Positions 49,365 through 62,000 of a stretch of 64,000 nucleotides of DNA are shown here, piece after piece. Position numbers and translations under genes: made by a program. Every line of letters starts with the position of its first letter. The first letter of the stretch is position 1. The stretch is from NCBI GenBank assembly GCA_043228905.1, contig JBHGNT010000013.1:10726001-10790000 (forward strand). Reading direction: 5' to 3'. This DNA is from Azolla caroliniana (taxonomy: Eukaryota; Plantae; Polypodiophyta). The notes below the pieces were generated by a model, which was not told the DNA's origin, searched no databases, and saw only the letters and a program-made list of their open reading frames with translations.

Positions 49365-52300
49365 ATTTGTACGATAAAACCGTGTACGACAGGTAGGGTA
49401 TTTTGCTTCTCCGACAGCGGAGCGTGTACGATAGTCGGCATCGGCGGCCGAGAGAAGACAAAGGCGGAGGGGAGACTTCGAGCGTGCGGAGTTCTCGGCC
49501 CTGACGAGGAAATCAACGGAGCCGTGGAGGCGGTTTCATTCGACGACACCTTGGGAATGCTGGGAAAGGTAGTCGAAGAAGGCCTTAACGAAGACCGGAC
49601 GATACCGGTGTGTTCCGAGGAGATGTACGGAGTCATCGCGGACTTCGGTCGAGGGCTCGAGTCAGTTCGGACGGCCCGCGTAGGCACCAAGTACAAGACT
49701 GTGGACCGGAAGGTAAGGCCAGTCGCGGCACCCTTACCGGAGGACAGCGCGTCGAGAATCAAAGGGGTTGCATCGGACCCTAGTCTACGGGATCCGGCCT
49801 GCATAGGGCACACCTTCACCGACGAGACGCTCCGAGAGCTCAAAATAGGTGGGGGCGGGTTCCTACTGCCTGCGGAGGAAGACCGGTTTCGGAGAATGCT
49901 CGGAAGGCACGGGAAAGCCTTCGCATTCTCGCCGGAGGAAATCGGGTGCGTTGACCCGACGATCGTGGAGCCGATGGTGATATTCACGGTACCGCATGTA
50001 CCATGGAATCTCAAGCCAATCCCGGTTCCGAGAGCTCACATCCCGAAGTTGATGGAGCTGCTGAGGCAGAAAGTTGATATGGGAATTCTCGAGCCGTCGA
50101 GCGCCCCATATTCGAATCGATGGTTCACCGTACCGAAGAAAAACGGTTCGTTGCGCTTCATCCAGGACCTGCAGCCGGTCAATCGAGTGACCATTCGGAA
50201 CGCAGGGATCGGACCGACCATAGACGAGTTCGCGGAGGCCTTCGCCGGAAGGTCAATTTACTCGGTCGGGGATCTATACTCAGGGTACGACCAGTTCCAG
50301 CTAGCCGTGGAGAGCAGAGACATTACGACGATGCGAACTCCCCTCGGCCTAGTTCGGATGTGTACACTGCCGCAAGGAGGGACCAACTCGGTGGCCCACA
50401 TGGTGAATGCGATGAACAAGGTTCTGAGGGACTGTATCCCGGACATCACCATGCCGTTTCTGGACGACATTCCGATCAAAGGATGCCCGGTGGAAGAAAG
50501 GGACGAGACGATCGGGCCGAACGGATGCCGGCGATTCGTAGCGACGCACATCGACGACTGCGAGAAGGTGCTGCAAAGGCTAGAGGATGCGAGACTCACC
50601 TTCTCCGGGGAGAAGTCGGCCTTCGGGCAGTCAGAAATCATGGTGGTCGGACACCTGTGCGGACCATATGGCCGGAAACCGTCTCCGGCAAAGGTAGAAG
50701 CCGTCTCCGCGATGAAGCCCGACTGCAGCTCGGTCACGGAAGTACGGAGATTCCTGGGGGCATGCGCGTTCTACCACATATGGATCCCGCATTACGCACA
50801 CGTCGCGGAGCCACTGTACGGGTTGCTGAAAAAGGGGCGAAGGTTCGAATGGCTGGACGAGCACGCGGAATCGGTCCGGAAGCTGAAAGAGGCCCTCGCA
50901 GCGGCACCGGCACTCCGGAAGGCGGTATACGGGAAGGGTACCCCGGTATTCATAACGGTGGATACCAGTCCGACCGGGATCGGATGGGTCGTGAACCAGG
51001 AAGACGAGGACGGCGATCGGTTTCCGATCCGATTCGGCGCGAAAGTCCTCAGTGAACGGCAGCGAGGATACGCCCAGGTTAAACGCGAACTCTGGGGTAT
51101 TGTTTCGGCGGTTAAGGCCGACAAAGACTACCTGATAGGGACAGAAGTGATCATCGAGACGGATTGCCTGCCGATTCTCGGTATGGTTTCCGGATGCGCG
51201 ACTCCGGACCTGGCGATGCTCAGGTGGATAGCGTACATCAAGTCCCTGGACCCGGAAATACGACACATTTCCGGGAAAGACAACGCCATGGCCGACATGC
51301 TTTCGAGGGCGAGGTTCGACGACGAGGGCGGCATGGTTTCGGAAGACGAAGAAGTCGGCGTGGATTTCTTCGAGACGGCACACATAACGACCGACGGGAT
51401 GAGCACTCCGGCGCTTAACGAGTTCGACGCGAGCAAGTACGACGGGGAGTGGCTGCAGATCGGCGGGTTTTTGAAGGCAATGACGCCCGATGCGTCATGG
51501 ACAAAGGACGAGGCCAACCGGATCCGGAAGAAAGCATACCGATTCTTTCTCCAAGATGGGCATTTGTGGAAGCACCCGAAGAAGAGGAACGGCGTCCCGC
51601 TCCGGGTGGTGGCGATGAAGGAAGAACAGGAGGAGCTACTGGCGGCCCACCACGACAGCCCTTGGGCTGGACACCGTGGAACGTGGGCGACATTTGAGAA
51701 GCTGAAGGGGAAGTACTGGTGGCCGGGATTGTACCGGGACGTGCATCGGTTCGTGTCAACTTGCGAGAGTTGTCAGATGCACTCGATAGTCCGACACCGG
51801 GACGGGCTTCGCCCTACGTACCCTCCGACTATCCACTTCAAATGGATGGTAGATCTGGTAACGATGCCAATGGGGGTAGGACAGATGCGGTATCTGGTCC
51901 TAGCGCGGGAAGACCTGACGAACCAGGTGGAAGGCCGAGCCCTTCAGAACAAGACGACCGCGGCCGTGTGTCGGTTCCTAATCGAGGACGTGATATGCCG
52001 GTACGGGTGCGTCGGGAAGATCGTGGCTGACCGAGGGGACTTGGACGCCGAAGAAGCCGCGGAGCTGTTCGACCGGCTGGGGGTCAAGCTCTCGCTCACC
52101 ACTGCGTACAATCCGGAGGCGAATGGAAAGGTGGAGCGCGGACACGGACCGATCGTCAAGGCGTTGGTTCGGGCATGCGGAGGCCGAATCGGTGACTGGC
52201 CGCGGCTCCTACCTTATGCCTTGTGGGCAGACCGGACCACGCACAGTTCGGTAACCGGGTACATGCCGACAGAGCTCATGTTCGGCCAGAAGCCGATCAT

Positions 52301-52787
52301 GCCGATTGAACGGACGATCTCCTCGTGGGCAACGGTCGACTGGAGGAACGAGATGAGCCGGGAGGAGTTGTTGGCCGCGCGTATACGACAGCTCGAGCGG
52401 AGACCGGAGGACGTGGCACTGGCTACGGAGAAGCTCCGGGTGGCGAGGACAAAGAACAAAGCCCGGTTCGACCGAACGCACCGGCTACGACCGAAGAAAA
52501 TCGACGAAGGTGACTGGGTGCTCGTCTACGACAACAGCCTCGACAACCAGCACCGAGCAACGCGGAAGTTCGCACAGAGATGGTTCGGGCCGTACACGGT
52601 ACAGAGCGCCAACGACAACGGGACGTATCATCTGGCGGAACTCGACGGTACGAGAATAGCGATACCCGTGGCCGGGAAGAGGATCAAAGCTTTCAAGAAG
52701 CGGCACGACAACGAACCCGACCCGATTCTCCTGGACAGCAGCGACGACCGATCCGAGGCCGAGGAAGGGCCGGCAGGCGAAGAGTAA
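49302..52787 (+). CDS. Pol (RT-RNaseH-integrase) of element I, in the -1 frame
   Basis: The frame is open from the slippery site. GDLYSGYDQF, LPQG, FLDD; TVDTSPTGIG; H-H-C-C, D-D-E and WFGPY motifs. No chromodomain. Confidence 0.93.
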   Translation, partial: FLERTAKAWGRDSPDAPGKPHICTIKPCTTGRVFCFSDSGACTIVGIGGREKTKAEGRLRACGVLGPDEEINGAVEAVSFDDTLGMLGKVVEEGLNEDRTIPVCSEEMYGVIADFGRGLESVRTARVGTKYKTVDRKVRPVAAPLPEDSASRIKGVASDPSLRDPACIGHTFTDETLRELKIGGGGFLLPAEEDRFRRMLGRHGKAFAFSPEEIGCVDPTIVEPMVIFTVPHVPWNLKPIPVPRAHIPKLMELLRQKVDMGILEPSSAPYSNRWFTVPKKNGSLRFIQDLQPVNRVTIRNAGIGPTIDEFAEAFAGRSIYSVGDLYSGYDQFQLAVESRDITTMRTPLGLVRMCTLPQGGTNSVAHMVNAMNKVLRDCIPDITMPFLDDIPIKGCPVEERDETIGPNGCRRFVATHIDDCEKVLQRLEDARLTFSGEKSAFGQSEIMVVGHLCGPYGRKPSPAKVEAVSAMKPDCSSVTEVRRFLGACAFYHIWIPHYAHVAEPLYGLLKKGRRFEWLDEHAESVRKLKEALAAAPALRKAVYGKGTPVFITVDTSPTGIGWVVNQEDEDGDRFPIRFGAKVLSERQRGYAQVKRELWGIVSAVKADKDYLIGTEVIIETDCLPILGMVSGCATPDLAMLRWIAYIKSLDPEIRHISGKDNAMADMLSRARFDDEGGMVSEDEEVGVDFFETAHITTDGMSTPALNEFDASKYDGEWLQIGGFLKAMTPDASWTKDEANRIRKKAYRFFLQDGHLWKHPKKRNGVPLRVVAMKEEQEELLAAHHDSPWAGHRGTWATFEKLKGKYWWPGLYRDVHRFVSTCESCQMHSIVRHRDGLRPTYPPTIHFKWMVDLVTMPMGVGQMRYLVLAREDLTNQVEGRALQNKTTAAVCRFLIEDVICRYGCVGKIVADRGDLDAEEAAELFDRLGVKLSLTTAYNPEANGKVERGHGPIVKALVRACGGRIGDWPRLLPYALWADRTTHSSVTGYMPTELMFGQKPIMPIERTISSWATVDWRNEMSREELLAARIRQLERRPEDVALATEKLRVARTKNKARFDRTHRLRPKKIDEGDWVLVYDNSLDNQHRATRKFAQRWFGPYTVQSANDNGTYHLAELDGTRIAIPVAGKRIKAFKKRHDNEPDPILLDSSDDRSEAEEGPAGEE

Positions 52788-55700
52788 AGGCGGGCCGGTT
52801 TTCTCCGTGCCAACTTAATTTGGCGCATACCGGTGGATGCGCGGTTAGGTGGGGGCGGATGTCGTGAAGAAAACCGCCCACAAGAGGAATCGGAGGAACA
52901 AGGCGTGGGAAACGGCTCTACACACACGCGCGCCAAGAAGTACATACGAGGATCCTAGGTGGGTAGATTCGGTTGGTATGCAGTTAATGCCAAACGGCCT
53001 CTTGACGGGATATAAAAAGGAAGAGGAAGAATAGGAAAAGATATCTCGCGGGGGGAGAGGACGAAGTGCTGCGGAACCGATTTCGGAGCTCCTCTTTCAC
53101 TCCGGCTTTCTCGGTCTTCTGCTCCATCGCGTACCTGTGCAGGTTTCGAGGAGGCTTGCGCTGTTCCGTGGAACGCCCCGAGTGCGTCCTGCAGCACCTC
53201 CGACCTGTTTCCCTTTTTGTGCGTCGCAACATACAGGGGTCGGCATCTGTTCGCCGCCCCGTTCGTTTTCGTTAGTATCCATTCCGTGCCCCGCCGTGGG
53301 TTGTAATTCTTTGGTCTGTTATTTTCTTGCATTCATAACATATCTTTCGTTGTTGCGTCCATCTGCGTCGGCGTTTGTTTGTGATCTCCGTTTGTTGGGC
53401 CGTGTCCCTGTGCAATCTTCGGTTCTGTGTAATCGGGTCTCTCTCTTACTCCGCTCTCTCTTGCTCTTTGGTCCAAGACCCCCGTGGTCCCTCCTCCTTT
53501 CTGCACGCAAGGGCGTAGCAACCCCGACAACGTGCTACGTAGCGACGCTACAATAGCCGATAGCCGTATTTTGTCGTCGGCGTCTTGAACACACAATCAC
53601 GGAGTCGGGTGGGCTTAGTTGATTTTCTAAACCACACGCTCTGATACCATGTTAAGAATTAGGTAATTAACTATGGGTTAATTAGTACCTTATTATGTGT
53701 TAAGAATTAGGTGATTAACTACGGGTTAATTAGTATCTAATTATGTGATTAGTTGATAAGTGGAAGATTAAGTGATATGTGTGTTTATGTGTGTGAGAGG
53801 AAGAGAGAGAGGAAGATACACTTATGAACAACACAAGATGGGGGATGAGTAACTATATTAGAAAGCATCATCATCATCAAATACAAAAATACCCACAATG
53901 AGGTATATATAGATCTCATGTGCAAGGGTGCACATGTGTGAGCAGAATATAGGTACAAGGGTATAAGTCCTATATTAAATGTACTTGAGAGTGGAGGATC
54001 TAGAATATCCCACTAAGTACAAGGTCCTATTTAAGGCGTTATAGTCAACACTCCTAACTAGATTCTATCTAGGTAACTACGAAGTTACATGGTTGACTAA
54101 ATAACTAAACTAAGTTGAGCTTGATATCTCAACAAGTTATTACTTATTTTTCCTAAAAAAGATTTAGATATTGTTGAGAGACAAGCTCAACATCGGCCGG
54201 ATCGGCTGAAGAAGCCGAGGACCGGATCGGTTGGGATCGATCGGTTAGGCCGAGTGCATAAACCGGGAGGTCATTAGGAAAGATATTCCATGAGGAATAT
54301 ATTTGGGAGTTAGTGTAGGAGCTCTTAATGAGCATTGAAGTATTGTCAGTACTTCTGTCAGTCCTTCTAGGACTTATATAAAAGTGTTCATGGAACACAC
54401 ATATGTATAGAGTGTGGTGAATAGAGATTGTGTACTTCTGTTATATTTTTTGTGTCTTCTCTCTCACTCTCTCTGTCTCTCCCGCGTATACCGTGTAAGC
54501 TCAAGCTCTCCATTGAACCTGAGTTTCCTTCCTTCTATTCAGTGTTCATACTTGCTTCTGCACGCTACTTTTTACATGGTATCTGAGCGCGAGGGTTGAG
54601 AACCTCTCTGCAGCCGACACAGCTTGACGAAGAAGAACAAGAAGAACGATGGATAGAGGCATGGTGAGCTCTCTTCCAACAGAGAATCTCGACAGAACCA
54701 ACTACGCGTCTTGGTCCTACAAGATGCACCAGTACCTGCTCGGGCACGGCTACTAGAGTTATGTCGAAGGAGCTAATGACGCGGCACCCGAATCGACACA
54801 CAGAGACTTCCCGTCGTGGGAGCAATCGGCGAGTAGGGTATTATACTACTTCGCGTCGTGTGTGGGCGAACAACTATTGAGCTATGTTCGGGATGCAAAG
54901 ACGCCGAAGGGTGCGTGGGAAAATCTGAAGAAGATTTTCGCCGCGAGCACCACAGCCAGGAAGCTTTAGCTCCGACAGGAGTTGAGCAACCTACGACAAC
55001 GCGACTTGTCGGTGGCGGACTATACCTCGAAGATCAAGGATATCTGCGACTCCCTCGCCTCCATAGAGGTGAACATCGAGGAGAGCGAGATGGTCCAGAT
55101 CTGTCTCGGAGGTTTGGCGTCGAAGTTCGGAGCATTCCGAACGGCTGTGTGTACTCGGAAGAATACGCCGTCCTTCTTTGACTTACAGTCAATGCTCCTG
55201 GTAGAGGAAAACCACACGGGTGCGTCTACAAGCACGCACACCGACAACAGAATGTTGTACACGGAGGGAGATAGGCCCCGTGGACGTGGAGGACGAGGCG
55301 AGTCAGCGCGCAATGGAGGCGGCCGACGAGATCAGGGAAGAAGGCCCCGAAGTGATGCCAACAGCAACTCCGGATCCTTCGGAAACAGGGGGAGTCGAAA
55401 CGATGAGAACCGGCAAGGGAAGTCCATCGCGGAGTGCTGGTACTGTGGCAAGAAAGGCCACAGGGAAAGTGAGTGCTGGAAGAAGCGCGCCGATTCGGAG
55501 AGAACTGGTTCCGGGAACGGCTCCAGACATACCGACAAGGGAAATTGGCAGCGATCGCACTATGCGGAAGACTCCGGGAGAGCCGGAGAAGGGACTGCCT
55601 TCGTGACGAGACACGAAGCAAACTCAATGAAACAGACCACCCCGAGATCGGACGAGGTGTGGTACGTAGACTCCGGCGCGTCAAACCACATGACGAGCCA

Positions 55701-58700
55701 TAAGGAGTGGTTCTCGTACCTTGAAAAACCGATACAACCTGGAGTAGTCGCAACAGGAGACGACACTCCGCATCCGATCGCGAATGTTGGAGAAGTTCCC
55801 CTTAGCCATGTCGGGCAGAAAGGGAAACTCATGAACGTGTTGCACGTTCCGACAATCACGAAAAACTTGGTCTCGGTCGGACAGATCGTCGACCAAGGGA
55901 TGGAGGTTCGGTTTACAAACCTCGAGTGCTTCATTGAGGAAGAAGGCCGTGTGATTGCGCAAGGGCGCAGAGACGGGAGGATGTTCATCCTCGACTCCAC
56001 TGACGGCGGCATCGCAATGTTCGCAAAGGGACAAAAGACCGAGTCGGACATCGACTTGTGGCACAAGCGGATAGGCCACATCAACCACCAACGGCTTCAA
56101 GATCTGCAATCGAAACAGGTAGTGTTCGGATTGCCCAAGTTTAGTGGCCGAAAGGCACAAATTTGTGAAGCCTGCCAACTCGGGAAGCAACACTGACTTC
56201 CTTTCCCCAACGAGCGAAACCGGAGCCGGAACAAGCTCGACCTTATCCGATGTGTGGGGGCCGGCACAAAACGTTAGTCTTGGCGGGAGCCAATATTTCG
56301 TCTCCTTCATCGACGACCACACGCGGCACACGTGGATCTACCTCATTGAGAGGAAGAGCGAAGTCTTCGACTGTTTCCGGGACCTCAAAGGGTTTGTGGA
56401 AACCGAAACAGGACGAAAGATCAAGTGCCTACGGTCGGATGGCGGGAAAGAGTACTTTTCCGGTCAATTCAACGGTTACCTACAACAAATGGGAATTCGC
56501 CGCGAATTCAGTTGTAGATACACGCCCGAGCAGAATGCCGGAGAGAAAGAATCGGTCAGTTGTGGAAGCGGCACGGGCAATGCTGGAGGAGAAGAGCTTG
56601 CCCAAGTTCTACTGGGCCGAGGCGGTAAGGACCACGGTATACATCCAAAACCGATCGGAGACAAAGTGTCGGCGCACGAGCTATATTTCGGAACGAAGCC
56701 GAACTTGCGACACTTGAGGGTGTTCGGTAGCATTGCGTATGTGCATGTACCGAAGGAGAAAAGGAGGAAGCTGGACGCAAAGGCCGAGAAGTGCATCTTG
56801 GTCAGTTACTCGGACGGGCAGAAGGGTTATAAGTGCTATAACCCTCACATCAAACAAGCGCGTGTCAACCGCGACGTTGTGTTTGACGAGTCCGCGTCCT
56901 GGTACCAGCCCCCGACTCTGAACCCCGACTCCAATCCGAGTTCTGACGATGAGGTCAGCAAGGCCGAGCTACCTCCGGATGAGCCCGAAATCGAGACCCG
57001 CGAAGAGAGTCCGATTTCGCTCTGTTTAAGTGGACCGATTGGACGACTGAGTCGGTACGACTAGTCTGATGAAGAGCCAGCGAGTAGTGGAGACTCAGTC
57101 GTGCATTCCCCGCGCAGGAAGCCGAGGAGATGGCTTACGCACAAAGAGAAAGGGAAGAAGAAGGTGTCGGATTCCGGCACGGATAGGAACGAGTCAGACC
57201 GACGCAAGTCCGACTCCGAGGGAACCGGTGACGGGTCTTTAAAGGTGAAGACTGCGTCGACCGAGAAGGCCTCGACATCGGCTAATGTGAGATTATGCCG
57301 ATCTACCCGCCAGAAGAATCTTGCTTTGCGGTTCGGATACAACGAGTACATGGCGCATCATTATGCGTACATGACCCGTGTAGCGGAAGTGCGTGAGCCG
57401 GAGAGCTACGCAGAAGCGGCTAAAGACGCGAATTGGCGTGCCGCGATGGAGGAAGAGATGCACGCATTGGCGGAGAACGAGACTTGGGACCTGGTTGACG
57501 CACCAACATGGGTAAAACCGATCGGGTGTAGGTGGGTGTACAAGGTCCCAAGTCAGTTCATGGCGCGACCTACCGAGGAGCACCTTCAGTGTGTGCAATG
57601 CATACTACGGTACGTAAGTGGCACTAAGGACCGAGGACTATTATATCGGACCGGTGCAGCCGCGCAGTTAGTCGGCTACACCGATGCTGATTGGGCTGGC
57701 AACGCCGCCGATCGCCGATCCACGTCTGGATACGCGTTCTCCCTCGGGAGTGCCGCGATCGCGTGGAGCAGTAAGAAGCAGCCGACAGTTGCACTGTCGA
57801 GCACCGAAGCGGAGTACCGAGGAGCGGCTGTCGCGACATGCGAAGCCATATGGTTGAAGCGGCTACTTACGGACCTGCAAGAGGAGGTGTCAGATCCGAC
57901 GACGATCTACTACGACAACCTCTGCAGCATCAAGCTCGCGAAAAACCCCGTTTTCCACGCACGGACCAAGCACATTGAGGTGCATTACCATTTCGTCCGT
58001 GAGCGTGTCCTTTCCGGTGAAGTCAAACTTCAGTACGTGCCGACGGATCGGCAGACTGCCGACATCTTCACTAAGCCTCTTGGTCTGGACAAGTTGCGGC
58101 AATTCTCAAGTGCGCTCGGATTGCATCACCTTGACGTGCCGAACTTGAGGGGGAGAACAGTCCCGAACGACCAAGCAAAGCAGCAGGAAAGGAGCGGAGA
58201 CCGCGACACCGAGTCGGTTGACTCAGGTGTTGACTCGGTTGTCGAGTTCGACTTTGGATCGGCTGAAGAAGCCGAGGGCGGACCCGCGGAAAAGTTCGGA
58301 AGAGGACAGAAGGGGAGCAGCCGAAGGCGAGAGCCGAAGCCAACCACGCATGGGGGAGATTGTTGGGAATCACCGGTTTGATTCACCTTCTCCTCTCGGC
58401 CACAACCGAGTAATCGCGGATCAATGCAGCAGAAAATAGGAAATACAGAGATAGACGCGATACACAGGGATTAACGTGGAAAACCCTATACGGGAAAAAC
58501 CACGGGAGTGCGAGACTCCAAACCAAACTATGCACAGAGAAATATACAATGGCGAGCTGCAAGGCGACGACCTTGAGCTCGCTGTCCTCGCCACAGGCGG
58601 CGGTATTACACAGAGGCGTCGACCTCTTCGTTTCTCTCTCTCTCTCTCTCTCTCGGCTGCTCTCACTCCGCTCTCTCCACTAGAACATAAAATGAGCAAC

Positions 58701-58836
58701 CACAGAAACTGTTTGCCCTAAGTCATATTTATACACATATGACTTTCGGGCTATTTACAAATATAGCCTCAAGGGCTCTTGGCAAACATATTCACAAATA
58801 TGTCCCCGCATCCGGATCTCTCTCCGGGTACATACA

Positions 58837-58990
58837 TCATCCGGCTCCGTAGCCGGGGTCTTCGTCATCCGGTTCCGTAGCCGGGTCTTTGTCATCCGGC
58901 TCCGTAGCCGGGTCTTCATCATCCGGCTCCGTAGCCGGGTACTCTTCATCCGGCTTCATGCCGGGTACTATTCATCATCCGGTTCCGTAA
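58837..58990. repeat. ~21-24-bp tandem repeats (tcatccggctccgtagccggg) in N LTRs, also at 63648-63801
   Basis: About 6 imperfect units are visible. G LTRs carry only about 2 related units. Confidence 0.8.
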
Positions 58991-59066
58991 CCGCAACCGG
59001 GCTTGCCGTCATTTATCTCCGGGGACATCCCATCCGGAGGGACCGAAATCCCAACAAACTCCCCCT

Positions 59067-62000
59067 TCACTTCGGCATGGGATGTCTCTCCAATCCGATC
59101 CTCTTCCGGCATGCTTCTAGCTTGTCGGGTGTGAGCACTTTGGTCAGCATATCTGACCCGTTCTCGTCCGTGTGGATCTTCGTCAACACGAACTCCTGGT
59201 CTTCTATCCTTTCCCGGATCCAGTGATATCTTCGCTGGATGTGCTTCGTCCGGGAGTGATAGGCCGCGTTCTTCGCAAGGTGGATGGCACTCTGACTGTC
59301 GCAGTAGAGTCGGTACTCCTCCTGCCGGATACCGAGCTCTCTAATGAAGTCCTTCATCCATATTATTTCCTTGCCGGCTTCAACAGCCGCCATGTACTCC
59401 GCCTCCGTGGTTGACAACGCAACCGTCTTCTGCAGCCTCGACTGCCACGAAACAGCTCCCCCTGCATACGTCATCACATACCCTGATGTGGACCGGCTGG
59501 TATCTGCATCAGCCGACATATCCGAATCGGTAAATCCATCGAGTTCGGGCTTACCGGAGCCGAAATGGAGGCACACGTTTGCCGTGCCCTTCAGGTATCG
59601 AAGTGTCCATTTGACCGCGTTCCAGTGCTCCTTACCGGGATTGCTCATGTACCGGCTCACCACTCCGACTGCGTATCCAATGTCCGGTCTTGTACACACC
59701 ATTGCGTACATCAAGCTTCCGACGGCAGAGGCATATGGTACTTTCATCATATCCTCCTTTTCAGCCTTTGTCTTGGGACTTTGCTTGCTGGACAGCTTGC
59801 AGTTTGCCGGGAGGGTCGATCCGACCGGTCTTGCTTCCGACATGTTGAACCGTTGAAGCACCTTTGTCACGTACTTCTCCTGTGACAGCCACAACTGCTT
59901 CTTCTTCCGGTCCCGGATGATGTGCATCCCTAATATTTGTCTCGCCGGACCCAGGTCCTTCATTGAGAAGGTTCGGTGAAGAGCCTTCTTCAGCATCCGT
60001 ATCTTGACATGGTCCCGTCCGACGATCAACATGTCGTCCACGTATAGGAGAAGTATTAGAAAGTCTCCTCCTTCGAACTTCTTCACAAACACGCAGTGGT
60101 CGGACTGCGTTTTGTAGTACCCTTCTTCGGTCATGAAGGAGTCAAACTTTCGGTACCATTGTCGGGGAGCCTGCTTCAGTCCGTAAAGGCTCTTCTTCAA
60201 CCGGCATACCAGGTGCTCCTTCTCTTTCTTCTCGAATCCTTCCGGTTGCTGCATGTAGATCTCTTCTTCGAGGTCACCGTGAAGGAATGCCGTCTTCACG
60301 TCCATCTGTTCTACCTCGAGGTCCATGCTTGCCGCTATGCTCAGCACCGTCCGGATGGAGGTCATCTTCACTACCGGGGCAAATATCTCGTCGAAGTCGA
60401 CGCCCTTCTTCTGCTGGAACCCCTTCACCACGATCCTGGCTTTGTATCTTGGGGGGTTTCCGGCATCTCCCGGTTTCAGCTTGAACACCCACTTGTTACG
60501 GAGTGCCCGTTTTCCTTTCGGCAACTCCACAAGTTCATATGTGTGGTTCTCATGCAGGGAATCCATCTCCTCCTGCATGGCACTTAACCACCTACGGCTA
60601 TGGGTGTCATGCTTCGCTTCTTCAAAGCTCTCCGGCTCCCCCTCGTCGGTTAGCAGCACGTGCTCTGGTTCCGGAAATCTCCGAGGGGCCCTTCTCTCTC
60701 TTAGAGGATATCTTCGTTCCGGAGCTTCGGTAACCGGTTCTTCCGATTCTTCTTCATCCGAATCCATTTCGGGATCGGGGCCGGTTCCGGTATCATTTTC
60801 ATCTTCTTCGGCCGGTTCTGTTTCTTCACCGTCTTCGGCCGGATCCTCGAGTGCTAACCGGTCTCTTGCCGGTCGGGACTGCTCCTTGTAGAGTTGATCC
60901 TCACCGGTCGACTTGGAGCTCTTCATCTTCTTCTCCGACTCCCAGTCGGCGAGTGTCTTGTCCTCCATGAAGATGATATCTCGACTCCTGAATATCTTCT
61001 TGTCGACCGGGTCCCATACTCGGTAGCCGAACTCGTCGTTGCCGTAACCGAGGAATATGCATGGACGGGTCTTTGGATCTAGCTTTCCTCTCCGGTCCTT
61101 TGCCACATGCACATATGCGAGACACCCGAACACCTTCAGATGCCGGTAGGACACTTCCCTACCGGTCCACACTCTCTGCGGCGTGTCTCCGTCCAAAGGT
61201 ACTGAGGGTGATCTGTTAATCACGTATGTCGCCGTCGACATTGCCTCAGCCCAAAACCCCTTGGGTAATTTCGCATGCGCCAGCATACTCCGGACCCTCT
61301 CCATTATGGTCCGGTTCATCCTCTCGGCCAGCCCGTTCAGTTCCGGCGTCTTCGGCACTGTAAACTCGAGCCGGATTCCCTTCGAGCGACAGTACTCCTG
61401 GAACTGCCCCCGGTATTCCCCTCCGTTATCCGCTCGTATCGCTTTCAGCTCCTTGCCGGATTCTCTTTCCACTCTTGCGTGGAGTTCTTTGAAGACGGAC
61501 AATACTTGGTCCTTTGTCTTCAACGGTGCCGTCCACAGCTTCCGGCTGTGGTCATCAATGAATGTCACGAAGTACTGGGCTCCGCCATGTGACTTCGTTT
61601 CTACTTGACACACGTCAGTATGCACCAGCTCCAATGGTGCAATACGTCTCGTCGGTGGCCTTGAGTGGAAGGAGGCCCGGTTTTGCTTACCGGCCAGGCA
61701 GTCGGTGCACTTCTCCAGGTGCACATGCTTCACTGGAATGAGGTTGTCATCTGCAAGCCTCTTCATCCCCTTCTCACTCATGTGGCACAGTCTCTTGTGC
61801 CACAGCTCACCGGCAGTGTCAGCTGCCACGTTCAGCTCCTCCGGACATAGCCGGGAATTCATCAGGTACAGTGTGTTGACTTTCCGGGCCCGAGCCACTA
61901 TCAGACTCCCCTTGCTGAACTTCATGACACCGTTCCGGATGCTACCCGTGTAGCCTTCATCGTCTAGCCTCCCAGCCGAAATCAGGTTCAATCGAACCTC

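Larger units (their letters stand above)
46469..53529 (+). mobile_element. Element I: intact non-chromoviral Ty3/Gypsy (LTRs 46469-47138 and 52860-53529)
   Basis: 670-bp LTRs with no difference seen. Perfect 4-bp TSD ACGT. 18-nt PBS at 47142-47159 and PPT gcggttaggtgggggcgga. Two intact ORFs. Confidence 0.97.
45046..54134 (-). mobile_element. Element K: truncated Copia (LTR 53650-54134, PBS 53638-53649, gag/PR 45046-46412), interrupted by I
   Basis: TGGTATCAGAGC PBS. Gag 45771-46412. WFVDSSTSHHMT protease and LWHKRISH. The 3' part is missing. Confidence 0.85.
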
